A stretch of DNA of 64,000 nucleotides, taken from positions 55,552,001-55,616,000 of the forward strand of contig CM060734.1 of assembly GCA_030704615.1 (NCBI GenBank). The letters are read 5' to 3'. Under the pieces are notes generated by a model. It was not told the origin of the DNA. It ran no database searches and worked only from the letters and a program-made list of their open reading frames with translations. This DNA is from Takakia lepidozioides. Its lineage: Eukaryota > Plantae > Bryophyta. Positions 40,100 to 51,830 of this stretch are shown one piece after another (positions within the stretch are counted from its first letter, which is position 1; every line of letters starts with the position of its first letter). Position numbers and translations under genes: made by a program.

Positions 40100-41170
40100 C
40101 CTTCCAAGTCATGCCATCCCGACCCTCCAAGATCAGGACCCCTGAGGGCAACACCTCTTGAACCCTCAGAATAACACGCCCTGCAGTGTATGAGCAGTCT
40201 GCTGCAAATAAACATAGTCACCAGGGCTAAACCTCCGAACCCCGGGACGATATCCTCCACCACGTATAGTGGCATACCTCAATGTATCACGGTGTTGTGC
40301 AATGGCAAGGTTTTCAAAAGCCATGGGCATGACTTTCTTGAACAATTCTGCACGCTGATCACATGCACGTACCCACACGTCCGGATCGTCAAGGTTAAGG
40401 ACTTGAGTAGTGTCCCTACGAATGGCTGCAGGAAAATTCGGCTCTTGGCCAAAGAGAAGGAAATACGGTGAGAATGAGGCAAGTGATGCTTGCTTGCTGA
40501 ACCTGTAGCCCATGGCTAACCAAGGCACCTGAAGATCCCAATCTCCTAGGTGTCCCTTCTGCAAGTCATACTTACGCAAACCCCTCTTCACTGTCTGAAC
40601 AACAACTCTCCCTACCAAGCCATCGGCCTCAGGATGATCCCAAGAAGTGGTGCGGTGGTCTATCAAGGCTTTATCACACAAAGCCTGAAACTCCCCCAAG
40701 AACTCTCTCCCTTGGTCCGTGAACACCTCAGCTGGAGCACCGAATCGGCTAAGCACACGATCCAAGAACGCATACGTAGCCCCCTCACTAGCCTTGTCAG
40801 GCAATGGAACCAACTCAATCCACTTGGAGAAGTGCTCCACCATCACCAACACATATCTGTGGTGACGCATAGTCAGTGACAAAGGTCTTGCGAAGTCAAG
40901 ACTCCACCTGTAGCCCAATCCCATGATCAGAAGAGGATGCAACTGGGGTGTAGGGGCGTTGAATGAAGCACCCACCCTGTCACACACCATGTACCTAGCC
41001 ACGAACCGTTGCACCTCTGTGTGCATACCACGCCACCAATACTGCCCCTGCAGTAGACTGTGAGTGCGTCGCACTCCAAAATACCCCAACTCCTCATGGG
41101 CATGCCGCACTAACCGTGTACGCTGTGTTGGGTGAGGCACGATCCTCACCCGACCATCCTCCCACACTCG
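40100..41170 (-). pseudogene. Retrotransposon DDE integrase
   Basis: ORF 40166-41167: degenerate HHCC (HEELGYFG...YWW...YMVC), WSLDF, FSKWIE, FTDQGREF, HPEADGLV, SPYFLLFG, FSPGDYV. Confidence 0.93.
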
Positions 41171-41499
41171 AAGTAGGTGTATCCCCTCCCACTTGAACCT
41201 CTTGGCTCGTTACAGGATCCGATCCCTCTCTCTGGCAGTCACAGTGGCTGTCGTGTCTCCCATGCGGAGGTAGTCCAACACAGCCGAATCCTCATGTATA
41301 TCTTTGGCACCACCTGGCTCATCACTAGCCTCAGGGTCCTTAGACACCCCGTCTACAGTCATCCCTGTTGTAGGTCCAACCTGACCTCCTGATGCCAAGA
41401 TACACAAAAATACAGATGCGTGCCATTCCGGCACCATCTCCTCGTCTGTCTCACCATGCCACCGAGCTCTTGTTTCATCCTGCTGGTTCGTGCATGGAT

Positions 41500-42870
41500 T
41501 GCGACTCAATCCATCCGCATCCCGATTGACCAAACCCAGTCGATGCACAACCTGAAAGTCATACTCTTGGAGTATGAATGCCCACCGTGCAAGCTTCCCC
41601 GTAAGCTTGTCTGATTCCATCAACCACTTGAGTGGCTGGTGATCCGTGACAAGGGTGAAAGATTGTCGTATAGATAGCACCTGAAGTGTGCCACGGCCCA
41701 TACTGCAGCTAAGCACTCTCCCTCATATGAGCTATACTTAGCCTCTACAGCGTTGTTCAAGCGGCTAACATAAGCCACTACGAACTCTCTTCCCTCATCA
41801 TCCACCTGTGTGAGCACCGCTCCAAGCCCCAACATGCTCCAATCCGTATGCAGCTGAAAAGAACGCCCTCTGATAGGTCGTCTCAGGATAGGCGCCGAGG
41901 TCAACCTCGCCTTGAGCTCTTAAAAAGCTCGTTCCTGCTTATCTTCCCACTGCCATTCCTGGTCCTCCTTGATAAGCTTGGTTAGAGCCTTTGCAATGGC
42001 ACTAAATCCCTTGACAAACCGTCTATAATAGTTTGCCAACCCAATGAAAGCTCGAACTCGGCTCACATCCGTGGGGCGTGAAATTTGTGCAATGGCCTCT
42101 ACCTTAGTCTGCCGTACCCCCAATCCTCCAGGATATATCATGTGACCCAAATACTCAATTTGGTTGTGGAAAAACTTGCACTTCCCCGGGTGCAACTTCA
42201 ATCCGTGCGCTCTCAAGCGCTCCAATAGCACCTGAAAGGTGTCTCTCGTGCTCCTCCACCATAGCACTAAAGATGATGATGTCATCTATGTAGCACCGAG
42301 CAAAGTCCACTCCTGCTAGAATCCTATCCATGACTCTCTGAAACTCTGCAGGAGCGTTCTTAAGCCCAAATGGTAAGAACCGCCACTGATATAGGCAATC
42401 ATTTCCGTGCTCATTGATCCCCAAGATTGCCGTCTTCTGCTTGTCCATCTCCTTGATCGGCAACTGGTGATATCCGGATCATAAATCCATCCAAAGTGCT
42501 AAAGACCTTAGCATGCCCAATGGCATCAAAGATCTCATCCGGTGTGGGCATGGCATACTTATCGGACTTGGTCTGACGATTTACAGGCTGGTAATCACCG
42601 CACATACGTCTCTCCGTCCAATTGCCATAGACATCCTTCTTGGCTGGCATCACTGTGGCTGAAGCATACTCTCTACCAGAGAGCTCCACCAAACCAGCCT
42701 CCCAGAGATCTTGAGTCCTCATCTGAATCAAAGACCTCTCCATGTCACTGTATCTATAGGGTCTCCGAAAGATTGGCGTGTCAGTGGCCAACTCAATACG
42801 AATCTCTTGACCCTTCAGTGCTCCCAAGTCCTTCAAACTGAAAGCAAAGCAATTCCTATAAGCCCTCAAG
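41500..42870 (-). pseudogene. Reverse transcriptase and RNase H (Ty3/Gypsy type), frameshifted
   Basis: RRPYRYS, RRMCGDY, FSTLD, LPFGLKNAPAEFQRVMD, YIDDIIIFS, IEYLGH, FIGLANYYRRFVKGFS. RNase H: LHTDWS..GLGAVLTQ, ECLA, TDHQPLKWL, NRDADGLSR. Confidence 0.95.
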
Positions 42871-43289
42871 AACCGCCGTATACGTCGTCTATCTCCTCCG
42901 GTGACAATGGGTCCAATGTCAGGCTCCCAATTGTCCTCCGTAACTGCAACCTTAAGTCCAGTGGGCTTAGAGGTAGAGGACGCGTCCAGTGGTTGCTATG
43001 TTGCAACCTCTTGAGCAGTACTCCCTACCTGCTCAGTCAATGACAAGGCTTCATCCTGCCCCATCATCTCATCTTCGAGGACTTCCTCAACCCGAGAAAA
43101 ATCCCCAACCTCATCCATCACCGCCACCTTGGCTGCCAACTCCCTCTGAACCTCGAGTACCTCCCACGTGTGCCATGGATGCCTGCACCCCGTGGTCTTC
43201 TCATGCTCGCCCCCACTCATTGCCTGTACCGTCTCGGTAGGCAGAGAGACCATCGAGGGAAGTGTACTCCGCACTCTGCGTTGCTCAGC

Positions 43290-44260
43290 CATAGCCAAGC
43301 TGATAATCCAGGTCAAGCAATTGAGATCCATTGTTTGCCCCAACACCTGACGACGTGATGCTTCAGAAAGAGACGACACCGCCGTGGTACCAGTGGTAAA
43401 ACCCATGGCCCGCTCACGCTCGTCAGCATTAGGCTCCACTAACTGCTGCAACTGAGCATCCCACAGGAGGCCAGGTCCACTATCCCGAAAAGCATGCGAT
43501 CCTGGGAAGCTGAGCAGTGTAGGTAATGCTGCTCGTGGTTAACCCACCTTGTTGACCACTACCAAAAACGAACGGTCATCATGTTTCACACGCTGAGACT
43601 GCCTCCCTGTGTCCAAATTGCTACCACTGTGAGGTGTGCTGGCCACTGCACCCCATCAAATGCACGCTTGAGCAGTGCAGGTGGCATCAAGTTAGTCCAC
43701 CATAGCCGTGGACGATGAGCCCGTGACCCTACTATAGCTGCATCTAGCAACACTGCTGATCCAAGCCACGACCGGACTTGATGCACGCTGGCCATCACCC
43801 TGGCACGAGAATCGCCCATCAGTGGCACATTTTCCAAGATGCATGCTGGAGATACAGCTTGATGAAGCTGCAAGTGACGCAAAACCTGCACCATCTCCCA
43901 AAACAGACCCGACCTCGAGTCTCGCAATCCATTGCCATGCCCGGCTGATGAATGCCCTTGGCAGGGCCAACCTGCCACTACCAGATCAATGGAGCCAACC
44001 CGCTCCAAATCATGCGCCCCCAGTAACGAAATATCTGCTGGCAAGGCCTACTGATATCCACGAACTGCAGACACCGACAACAACTCAGGGTACTGCTGCA
44101 CCAACCGAGCAACATGGCGAAGTGAAACGCGTCGTGCAGTGTCATCCCTCTCCACATACAGGTAATGCCGAACTCGTACACCTGCCTGTAACACAACAGC
44201 CAATCCAGTGCTGATCCATTCAAACAAGTCCAGAAGACAAATGCCTTCATCCAGATACTG
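43290..44260 (-). pseudogene. C5 cytosine DNA methyltransferase domain (DNMT3-like motif order) within the polyprotein
   Basis: I LLDLFEWISTG (degenerate FxGxG); II YVERD; III DIS; IV DLVVAGWPCQG (PC at 43961-43966); V SGLF; VI LENV (43826-43834); VII LDAA; VIII HRPRLWWTN; TRD LPTL; IX ERERAMGF; X RRQVLGQTMD. Confidence 0.93.
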
Positions 44261-44659
44261 CCACACAATAGGTGTGGTATCCAATGGTGACAACTAAGGT
44301 GGTCCTGGTGCAATCCCTGCACTCTCCTCCTCTCTTGATGGTACGAAAACCTCCACCCAGGTTTGTTGTACCCGTCGATCAGCAACCCGCTGCAAATCCT
44401 TGCTCGTACCCCACAATGGAGCCTGAGCAACCATGGCAGACAACTCCGCCATACCATACATGTCATCCTGCTCTCCTGGAGGTGTATCATCCTCTGAATG
44501 AGCGTTGCCCTCTAGCAACTCTCTAGGCCAAGTCACTGCAGCTGTGAATGCTGCTAGTGTCGGCATCTTGCCCCGCTGGGCAACCAAAACTCCTCTTATG
44601 AACGTTACAGGGAGCTGCACACGCCGGCCCTCCCCTGACTGCCATCCAAGCCTATAGGA

Positions 44660-44990
44660 AGCTGACTCCTCCAAAAAATCCAGGGTGAAGCCCATGGGGT
44701 ACAACACTGCCCCACCAACCAGGACATCGTACGAGACCGCGTCCGTCACAATGGCCTTGGCTCGCATCACTGAGCCATCTGTAGGGTGATCCGGCCATAG
44801 TCTGATAGCCAACTCACGCCGTGTCATGCCCCGAGCCTGCTCCAATCCTCCCAGAGACGTCTGTATCTGGAAAAGACAAGGCTCCATATCTGCCTCCGCG
44901 AGGCCCAAGTCTGCAATAGCAGCTCTGCCCAGCATCAATGGTTGAGCTCCTGAGTCCAACAAGACCCGTAGTGGCCGGTACCTCTTGCCT
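44660..44990 (-). pseudogene. Retroviral-type aspartic protease
   Basis: RVLLDSGAQ ... IQTSLGG ... YDVLVGGAVL in ORF 44294-45265. Confidence 0.88.
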
Positions 44991-45799
44991 ACCGGTCCAC
45001 TCAAACAGAAAATGTCATCCTGGTTGTCTAACATGACAACTCCAGGTGTCACCATGGCGCGCTCAATGGCTGGCCTAGCTGGCAGCTCCATCAACCTGAC
45101 AACTGTAGCTTGCCATGGCGCCGCCGTGGCAGTCTTGACCCTCAAATCCGAGGATCCCTCCGGCACTACACCTCCCACTATCTCCGCGGAAGATGAAGTA
45201 ACCTCCCCACTCTCACAGAGTGTAGCTGCCAGCCTGAACACCTCAGCTGGTCTTACCCCCGGCAATCATGATAGCTGAGAACAATGGAGTTTGGCACACA
45301 GATGTGGCCGCTCCCAGCAACACACTAGCTGTCGTAGCCTTGGCAACACTAGGTAGTGATGCTACCCGTGTAGCTCTCCCCAATGGCATAGTAATCTCCG
45401 CCTCGGTAGCAGTCGGGCGAGAATTAGGTGCCATGGATGGCGTCGACACTATCTCCACCAATGTGAATGATTGAGGAAGCCTAGCCTTACGGCTTGCCTC
45501 TCCACGCTGTGGATCCAACTCCACCTCTGCACCTCGTGGCTCAGGAGTTCGTGCTGCTCCTCGAGTCACGGCTGCAGCAGACTCCACCTGCACTAGTGGT
45601 AGTGCTGCTCCACACATGAATCCCATGCCTCCCATATCTCCTTCCTCAGGAGCAGGAGGTGGACCATCCGGCCTTGGAGCTGGTACCACCTGAGCTGTAG
45701 CCATGGCAACGAGCCCCTGCTCTAGCTGCTGAAGCCGGTTGGTCATGCCTTGGTCAACACCCTGACCTCCGCGTCCTTGGCCATGTTGAGCTTGCCCTT

Positions 45800-47106
45800 G
45801 GCCTGCACCTCGTGCCTGGCCACCTCGTCCTCTCTGGGCTGCTCCACCTCGCCCCGGCCACCATTGTTCCCTTGGAACTAGCCTGGGCGCAACTCAGGAT
45901 GCAAACCATAACACTGAGCTTCTCCATGCCCGTGCTTGCCACAATGCCCACACTGCAACTGTGCAGGCTGTGCATGTGCCGGCCTTTTGCCTCCCTCTGG
46001 GCAATCCTTCTTGACATGGGGTCCTCCACATGTCCAACACACCACCTCCGCCCGTTGTTGGCCTGCAAATGAAGGGAGAGACCCCTGCATCTGAGGTCCT
46101 CTCTATCCTTCCCTGAGCTTCACTTGAGCCCCCTTGTTGCCTTGAGCACGTTGAGGTAGTGGTTGGCTAGGAGCACCACTACCCTGTGGTATCTCCTTAG
46201 CAAATCCCACCATGGCCACTCGTTCCTCCACCATGTTGAGCTCTATCCGCTCTGCCAGCAAAAACACATTTGTTAAAGTGGGTTGGGCCGCTTGTAGGAG
46301 AATTGCATCTCGCACCCTTCTCCTCAGCTCTTTGTCCAATATCCCATACCAGAATTGGACTGTCCTTTGGGTTACATTTAGTAAGCGCCTCATGCGAGTG
46401 AAAGCCTCCCTCAAGCTCTCAATAGGCTTCCGTTGGAACTCTTGCAAGCTCCGCAACTTCTCTGTCCTCACCCCTTGGTAGTTCCTTCTCAACTCTTCGA
46501 AGAACTTCACAATAGGGTTGAAGGCAGGTACGGGTACTAGTGCTGGTGCGGTAGTGGCTTGGGTGGACGTCGTAGCTATAGTACCACCAGTCCCACTGCT
46601 GCTTGCTGAAGCTGCCAGTGCAGCGACAGATGTAGCCAATGCCCTCGTGGCTCTAGTGCCCCTAGTGATAGAGACATAGTCGGATCGATCTCAACCTTAT
46701 GCCCCCGCCTGAGCTCCTGATAATCATCCATAGGCAGCCCCTCAAGGTGTTGAAACAACCCCTTCCATGCCATGAAAGGCGTAAATAGTTGTGGATTGCG
46801 CATTTGCTGCAAATCACACCAACTATCAAACTCTTGGATAAAATCATCCAACTCGATGGTGCCCACCGCCCCAGAGTATCTTCGTGGCCCCTTGGTAGCT
46901 CCATACATCTCCTCCATTGTGTCCCACAACAATGGCAAAGAAACAACTTGCACCGCCGGTGTGAGTCCTCCTGATTCACAATCCGAGTCAGAACCTTCCG
47001 TATAAGACACAGGAGGTGAAGGTGGCCTAAACCGCACACCTCGTCTCGTGTACCCACTAATATCGCTAGTGCTCGAACCGGCACTGTCCCCAACAACTAG
47101 TGGCAC
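45800..47106 (-). pseudogene. gag with two zinc knuckles
   Basis: Capsid-like RYSG...LDDFIQEFDSW and FQRKPIESLREAFTRM; knuckles CWTCGGPHVKKDC and CGHCGKHGHGEAQC; frameshifted. Confidence 0.85.
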
Positions 47107-47599
47107 CTCCGTGTTGACAAACTGTCACTCAACCGGTCAAGAACATGTCCCTAATCCCCTCTCCACAAGGTAACCGGGTAGAGAACCTGTTGCGGCTTAT
47201 GGTTTGGAATACTAGGTTCCTAACATAGCCTACACCTGCACCTGCATCCACCGCAAACACTCCTATGGTTGGCTGCTCATCACCTCCAACCTCACCACAG
47301 GAGAAACAATGATGGTCTGACTGGTCATCACCCCAGCCTCACCATCGACAGCATGATCTAGAACTGGCTGGTGATCAAATCCGGACCAATCACCTATAAA
47401 AACAAGCGCCCACACAAAATTAACATGACGCACAGTCAAGCATGCAGGTATGGAGGGGATCCAAACACAAGAAATCAGAACGACAACTCCCCTACACCAA
47501 AAACAACTCCATGGTGTTGCTCCAAAATTCGGCCTTCAAGACCACATGCCAGTCCTTAGGCAGTCCACCAGTGCCTCCACGAATCAGCACAGGCCGTCC

Positions 47600-47950
47600 A
47601 CAGGTCAACACGGCCACCACAGGGCCACACAGATCACTGGTCACAGGATCATAGCCCCACAGGCCACAGCCTGTCACAGCCCGTCACAGCCCCAAAGGCC
47701 ACAGGGCACAGTCTGTCGCAGCCTGTCACAGCCCTACACAGGTCACAGGGTCACAGCCCCACAGGCCACAGCCTGTCACAGCCCATCACAACCCCAAAGG
47801 CCACATGTCACAGCCTGTCACAGTCCGTCACAGCCCCACAGGCCACAGGGCAGAGCCCATCACAGCCCGCCACAACCCCTCACAGCCCCACAGGCCACAG
47901 GGCACAGCCTGTCACAGCCCCTCACAACCCATCACAGCCTGTCACAGCCC
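47600..47950 (+). repeat. CACAGCC/GTCACAG minisatellite in the retrotransposon leader
   Basis: Repeated cacagccccacaggccacagcctgtcacagccc units. Confidence 0.9.
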
Positions 47951-48399
47951 CATCCATGGCCACTCATGGCAGTTTAGCCATTTCTCCAAGGGGTTTAGCC
48001 ACGCCAAGCTAGGGTTTGTGTCTCTTGGACTCTAGGCTTCTTTGCACCGAGCTATGGCAGCTGCGAGGAAATCAACAAGGTATTCTTGCTCTTTATGGCC
48101 CCCACACACCACCAATAGTAGCTCTAATTCCAAAGGAAGATGTTTGCAACCGAAACTAAGTGCACAAGCTTCATTTTAACTCACAAAACAGCGTTATTGA
48201 TCCCTATGGCGACTAACCAAACATGGCTGACTTCCAGCCCTTGTAGGCACTCATTCACGTGCTTTTCTTGACCATAGCATGCCCTTCGCACCTAATCTAG
48301 CCCCTGCACCTGCTGCGTTGTGCTCCCTTTAAGCTTGAAGTTGAAACCCCAACTCACATAGGCCCTACAAGTGCTTTTAGTTCACCCCAAGTGGAAACC

Positions 48400-48810
48400 A
48401 GCCCTAGCCCTTCTGTTCTAGCTCTCTAAAACTTGAAAACAAGAGCCTCAATGGGCTGAAGGCATGCTCCACACATGCCCCACTCTCACCATAAGAGAAT
48501 CAGCTCATTTGCTTCATTTCTTGCACCCACAAACCTGAAAATACAAGCTTCAGCGGGCTGAAAGCATGCTCCACACATGCCCTACAGGGAAACCAGCCCC
48601 TTCCTTCTTTTCTTGCACTCCCAAACCTGAAAGTACAAGCCTTCAACAGGTTCAAAGCATGCTCCACACATGCACTGCACTCACATAAGGGAAGTCAGCC
48701 CTTCCCTCTTCTTTGCTTGCCCTCCAAGCTTGAAGATGGAAGCTTCAATGAGCTGAATACATGCTCCACACATGCAACCTCTTCACACAAGAAGTATCAG
48801 CCCCCTATCT
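48400..48810 (+). repeat. About four ~100-bp tandem repeats in the retrotransposon leader
   Basis: catgctccacacatgc recurs near 48463, 48566, 48658 and 48760 with conserved flanks. Confidence 0.85.
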
Positions 48811-49489
48811 TGGCTCCTTGGCTCCTTGATGCTCTCTAAGACAAGACTAAGCACTCCACAGCCTTTGCCAAGCTCCTGAAACCCTAAGGCTTACATTTCC
48901 AGCCACAAGACACTCCTCTTGTGGTGCAAGAGCTCTTCTTCCAAGCTCTGAAACCCTAGGTGCACATTCCATGGCCTTGCCGCACCTCTTAGCTCCTGTT
49001 CCAGCCCTGCTCTTGCCATGACAAGAGCCCTCTCAATGCTGAAGCTCGAGATTGAAACCCAATCTCAACATACTCCACAAAGTGCACTGATTTGCCCCAA
49101 GCCTAATCAGCCCTTTCGCTTGGTCTTGCAATCCTTCACACAATGAAAGTTCGCATTCCCAAGTCCAGTTCTCAGTTTTGCCACCAAACCTACTCTAACC
49201 TGCTCTTGACTGGTCCTCTTCCCAATCGTGCTTGCTCATGCATGTACACAATTTGAAACCATCAAGGTGCTCTGGAATTACCTGCAGCATGGTGCTTTCA
49301 TATCTGAAGCTGAAGATCGAATGCCAAGGTCTACTACCTCGTAACCCACATCGTCTCCGCTTCTAACAACCAAGAGCTCCACGGTGCTCCTTGCATAACA
49401 ACCTGGTTTCTCTTATTCTGAAGCAAAAACCACAAGTGCTACAACAATTCGTATCTGGCACTTACAGATACGAGCTCATCTTTCTCGAG

Positions 49490-49815
49490 TGATAAAGAAG
49501 AAGAATACAAGCACAAGCTCATGTGAGCTCACAAAACTGAAGCATAAACTCATGCATATATAACCTCATCACTCAAATACAAGTCAAGCCAAGTGCATCC
49601 CACGCCATAGGGAATCCACACTACGGCGCCATAGCTAGGCGCGGTGAGGCTCAACTCGAGAAAGATGAGCCTCCCGCGCTTGCCGTGAAGATAACCACTC
49701 CAGGGCCTAAATCTGCCTTGATCCCTGGATTGAACTTGGGCCAATCCCAAATGTCAATATGTAAAAGCTAACTATTTCCTAGCTAGTTTCACACTAGTGG
49801 TAAAATAACTTGACA
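49490..49815 (-). repeat. Terminal repeat B, 5' copy
   Basis: TG...CA-bounded 326 bp matching 39106-39430. Confidence 0.95.
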
Positions 49816-51830
49816 AATTCAAAAAACAGGTGAATTGATGAATTGAAAAATTGGTTCTATTTTAGAAGGATGCTCAGTGCAGCCAACATCTGCTCAACAT
49901 TGATGCCCAAGGCAATGTACCTGCGTATCAACAGGTCAGGAAAATCAAGCAACTTCATCATCAATGATATTATGCTAACAACTAGCTTATCCCTAAATCA
50001 GATGAAGTGACATCCTATCTGGATGGGCACTTGGCTAGAATCTAGGCAGTCGATCAGGGCATGCCAACTTGTTGTGATAAGATCATGGGCATTGGATTAT
50101 TAAAGGGATCAGCGCAAAACCTAAGGCGGCTGGTGTACTTTGAAAGTGTAACTTTCGTGTACGAGAGAGACGGATGTGCATGCGTATGGATGAACTGAGA
50201 ATCTGAGTGTGAAAATTGACGTCCTCTACGAGTGATCCTTCCTTCCTCGCTTGCTTGTTCTGCCGAGTTTACATCCCTCATTTAGCGCAAACCTATAGAG
50301 GAGTGAAATAACCTGGAATAACCTGGGCGTACGCGAATCTTGGTAGAAACGGGTGGCAAGATCTCGTCAATCATTAACTGTGCCAAGTAGAAGTACACTG
50401 ACGGCTTTGCAATGGGGGCGCTTTTCAATTCTCGTTTGTGTTTGTGCTTTTGTTTGCTTCCTGTTGCTGTTGCGTTTTCTCATGTTCCTTTGATCTTCTT
50501 GAGGGTTATTGTAATAAATTGATGCAACCAAATGGGAGTGCGATTCACTGGTCACAAATCTCGTACATGTGATATGACATTGACATTGATGCAATATATA
50601 GCAGGGTGGTGCATAACATCGTCTCTTGCGTATATCCGGCACGGAGGGAGACGTCTCCTAGAAAGCCGTACTCAAAATACAAACAAGAACAAAGAATAAG
50701 CTAAGAAAGTTGAATAAATGCTCAATAATTGTTGATATGTTATTGTCTTGTTCAGATTGTGTTTGTTTCACTCATTGTTCGGTACGACTCATGTGGTTAC
50801 ATCGATTGCTACTACTGACAATGATATTCTTATTTTTGAAGTGGTTTAGGAAGTAAAGATGTTATTGTGACGCAAGAGGTGAAGGTTCCGATTGACCATG
50901 AAGAGGGATTCTATGAAGAGGGATTCTACTGTATGCCTGAGGTTCTTATTTCTGTTAACATTGCAATTGCAAAGATATTGACATGGCTAACATGAGGGTT
51001 GGGCAACACACAAATTTCATTTTACGGTTCGCAATGTTGCAGCTATTCAGAGTTGGGAAAGAAGGCTTCATGATGATTAGAATGTACCGGAGTGTATATT
51101 AGTATTGATTTTTGTTGTATTTTAGCAATTTTATAATCAGCATGTAGTCATTGCATTGATAGTAAGCAATTTATGGAGCGGAATGAAGGGCCAGGCTCTT
51201 GAGGTGCGTATCCCTTGATGGATTTGAAGAAGGCTCTCGTTGGTGGGAGTATCTAGAACAATGAATCAAAAAATGGATATGGTCTTGAGGTTGCCCACAC
51301 ATGGACATTTGCAATCTCCCAATTATCTCTACATGTATGTGTTATTCAAATGTAGGCTTTCCCCCAGGTTTAAATTTTAGTCTATTGCCAAAAGTGGGTA
51401 AAGCCTTGCTCAAGGATCGTTTCACCAAAACAAATAGAAGAAAATAGGGTTAGAGGAAATTTCGTACCCGTTGTTGAATTGAGGTTGTTGACAACCTCAA
51501 TTCCAAAGGCTTTAGATTGGCCATATCAGTTCCTACCTACCTTGCTGCATTATTGTGAATGGAAGCGTTGAGAGGGGAAGGTTGCACCACCTATTAATAT
51601 CCACTTCCTCTTCGAGTTCATAATGTTCATGTTCTCCCAATCTACTACAATCTACCTCTAAAAGTAATCAACCAAGTTAAATCTTTCTCCTTCTCCATAG
51701 TAGGAATTCAAGTTTAGTACAAAATTAGTAGAAGATTAGTAGAAAAAACTGATGTATTTTGAACATGATATGACCGATTTGTTGTATGTGTGTACATGTA
51801 TATTATACTGTTTAATATCTTGTGGGCCTA

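Larger units (their letters stand above)
38929..49815 (-). mobile_element. Ty3/Gypsy retrotransposon encoding gag-PR-DNMT-RT-RH-INT-PHD, with split terminal repeats
   Basis: Ends TGTC...GACA. AATT flanks both ends (38925-38928, 49816-49819). Gypsy domain order. Repeats A (38929-39104 and 39433-39608) and B (39106-39430 and 49490-49815). Polypurine tract on the minus strand at 39611-39620. Confidence 0.93.

Noticed and set aside
43290-44260. Host DRM/DNMT3 gene interrupted by a retrotransposon
   Set aside because: Intronless, no UBA/PWWP domains, unpermuted motif order, and in frame with protease and RT.
38929-49815. DIRS/Ngaro element, given the split direct repeats
   Set aside because: It has an aspartic protease, Gypsy-type RT/RNase H, a DDE integrase and a TSD; I found no tyrosine recombinase motifs.
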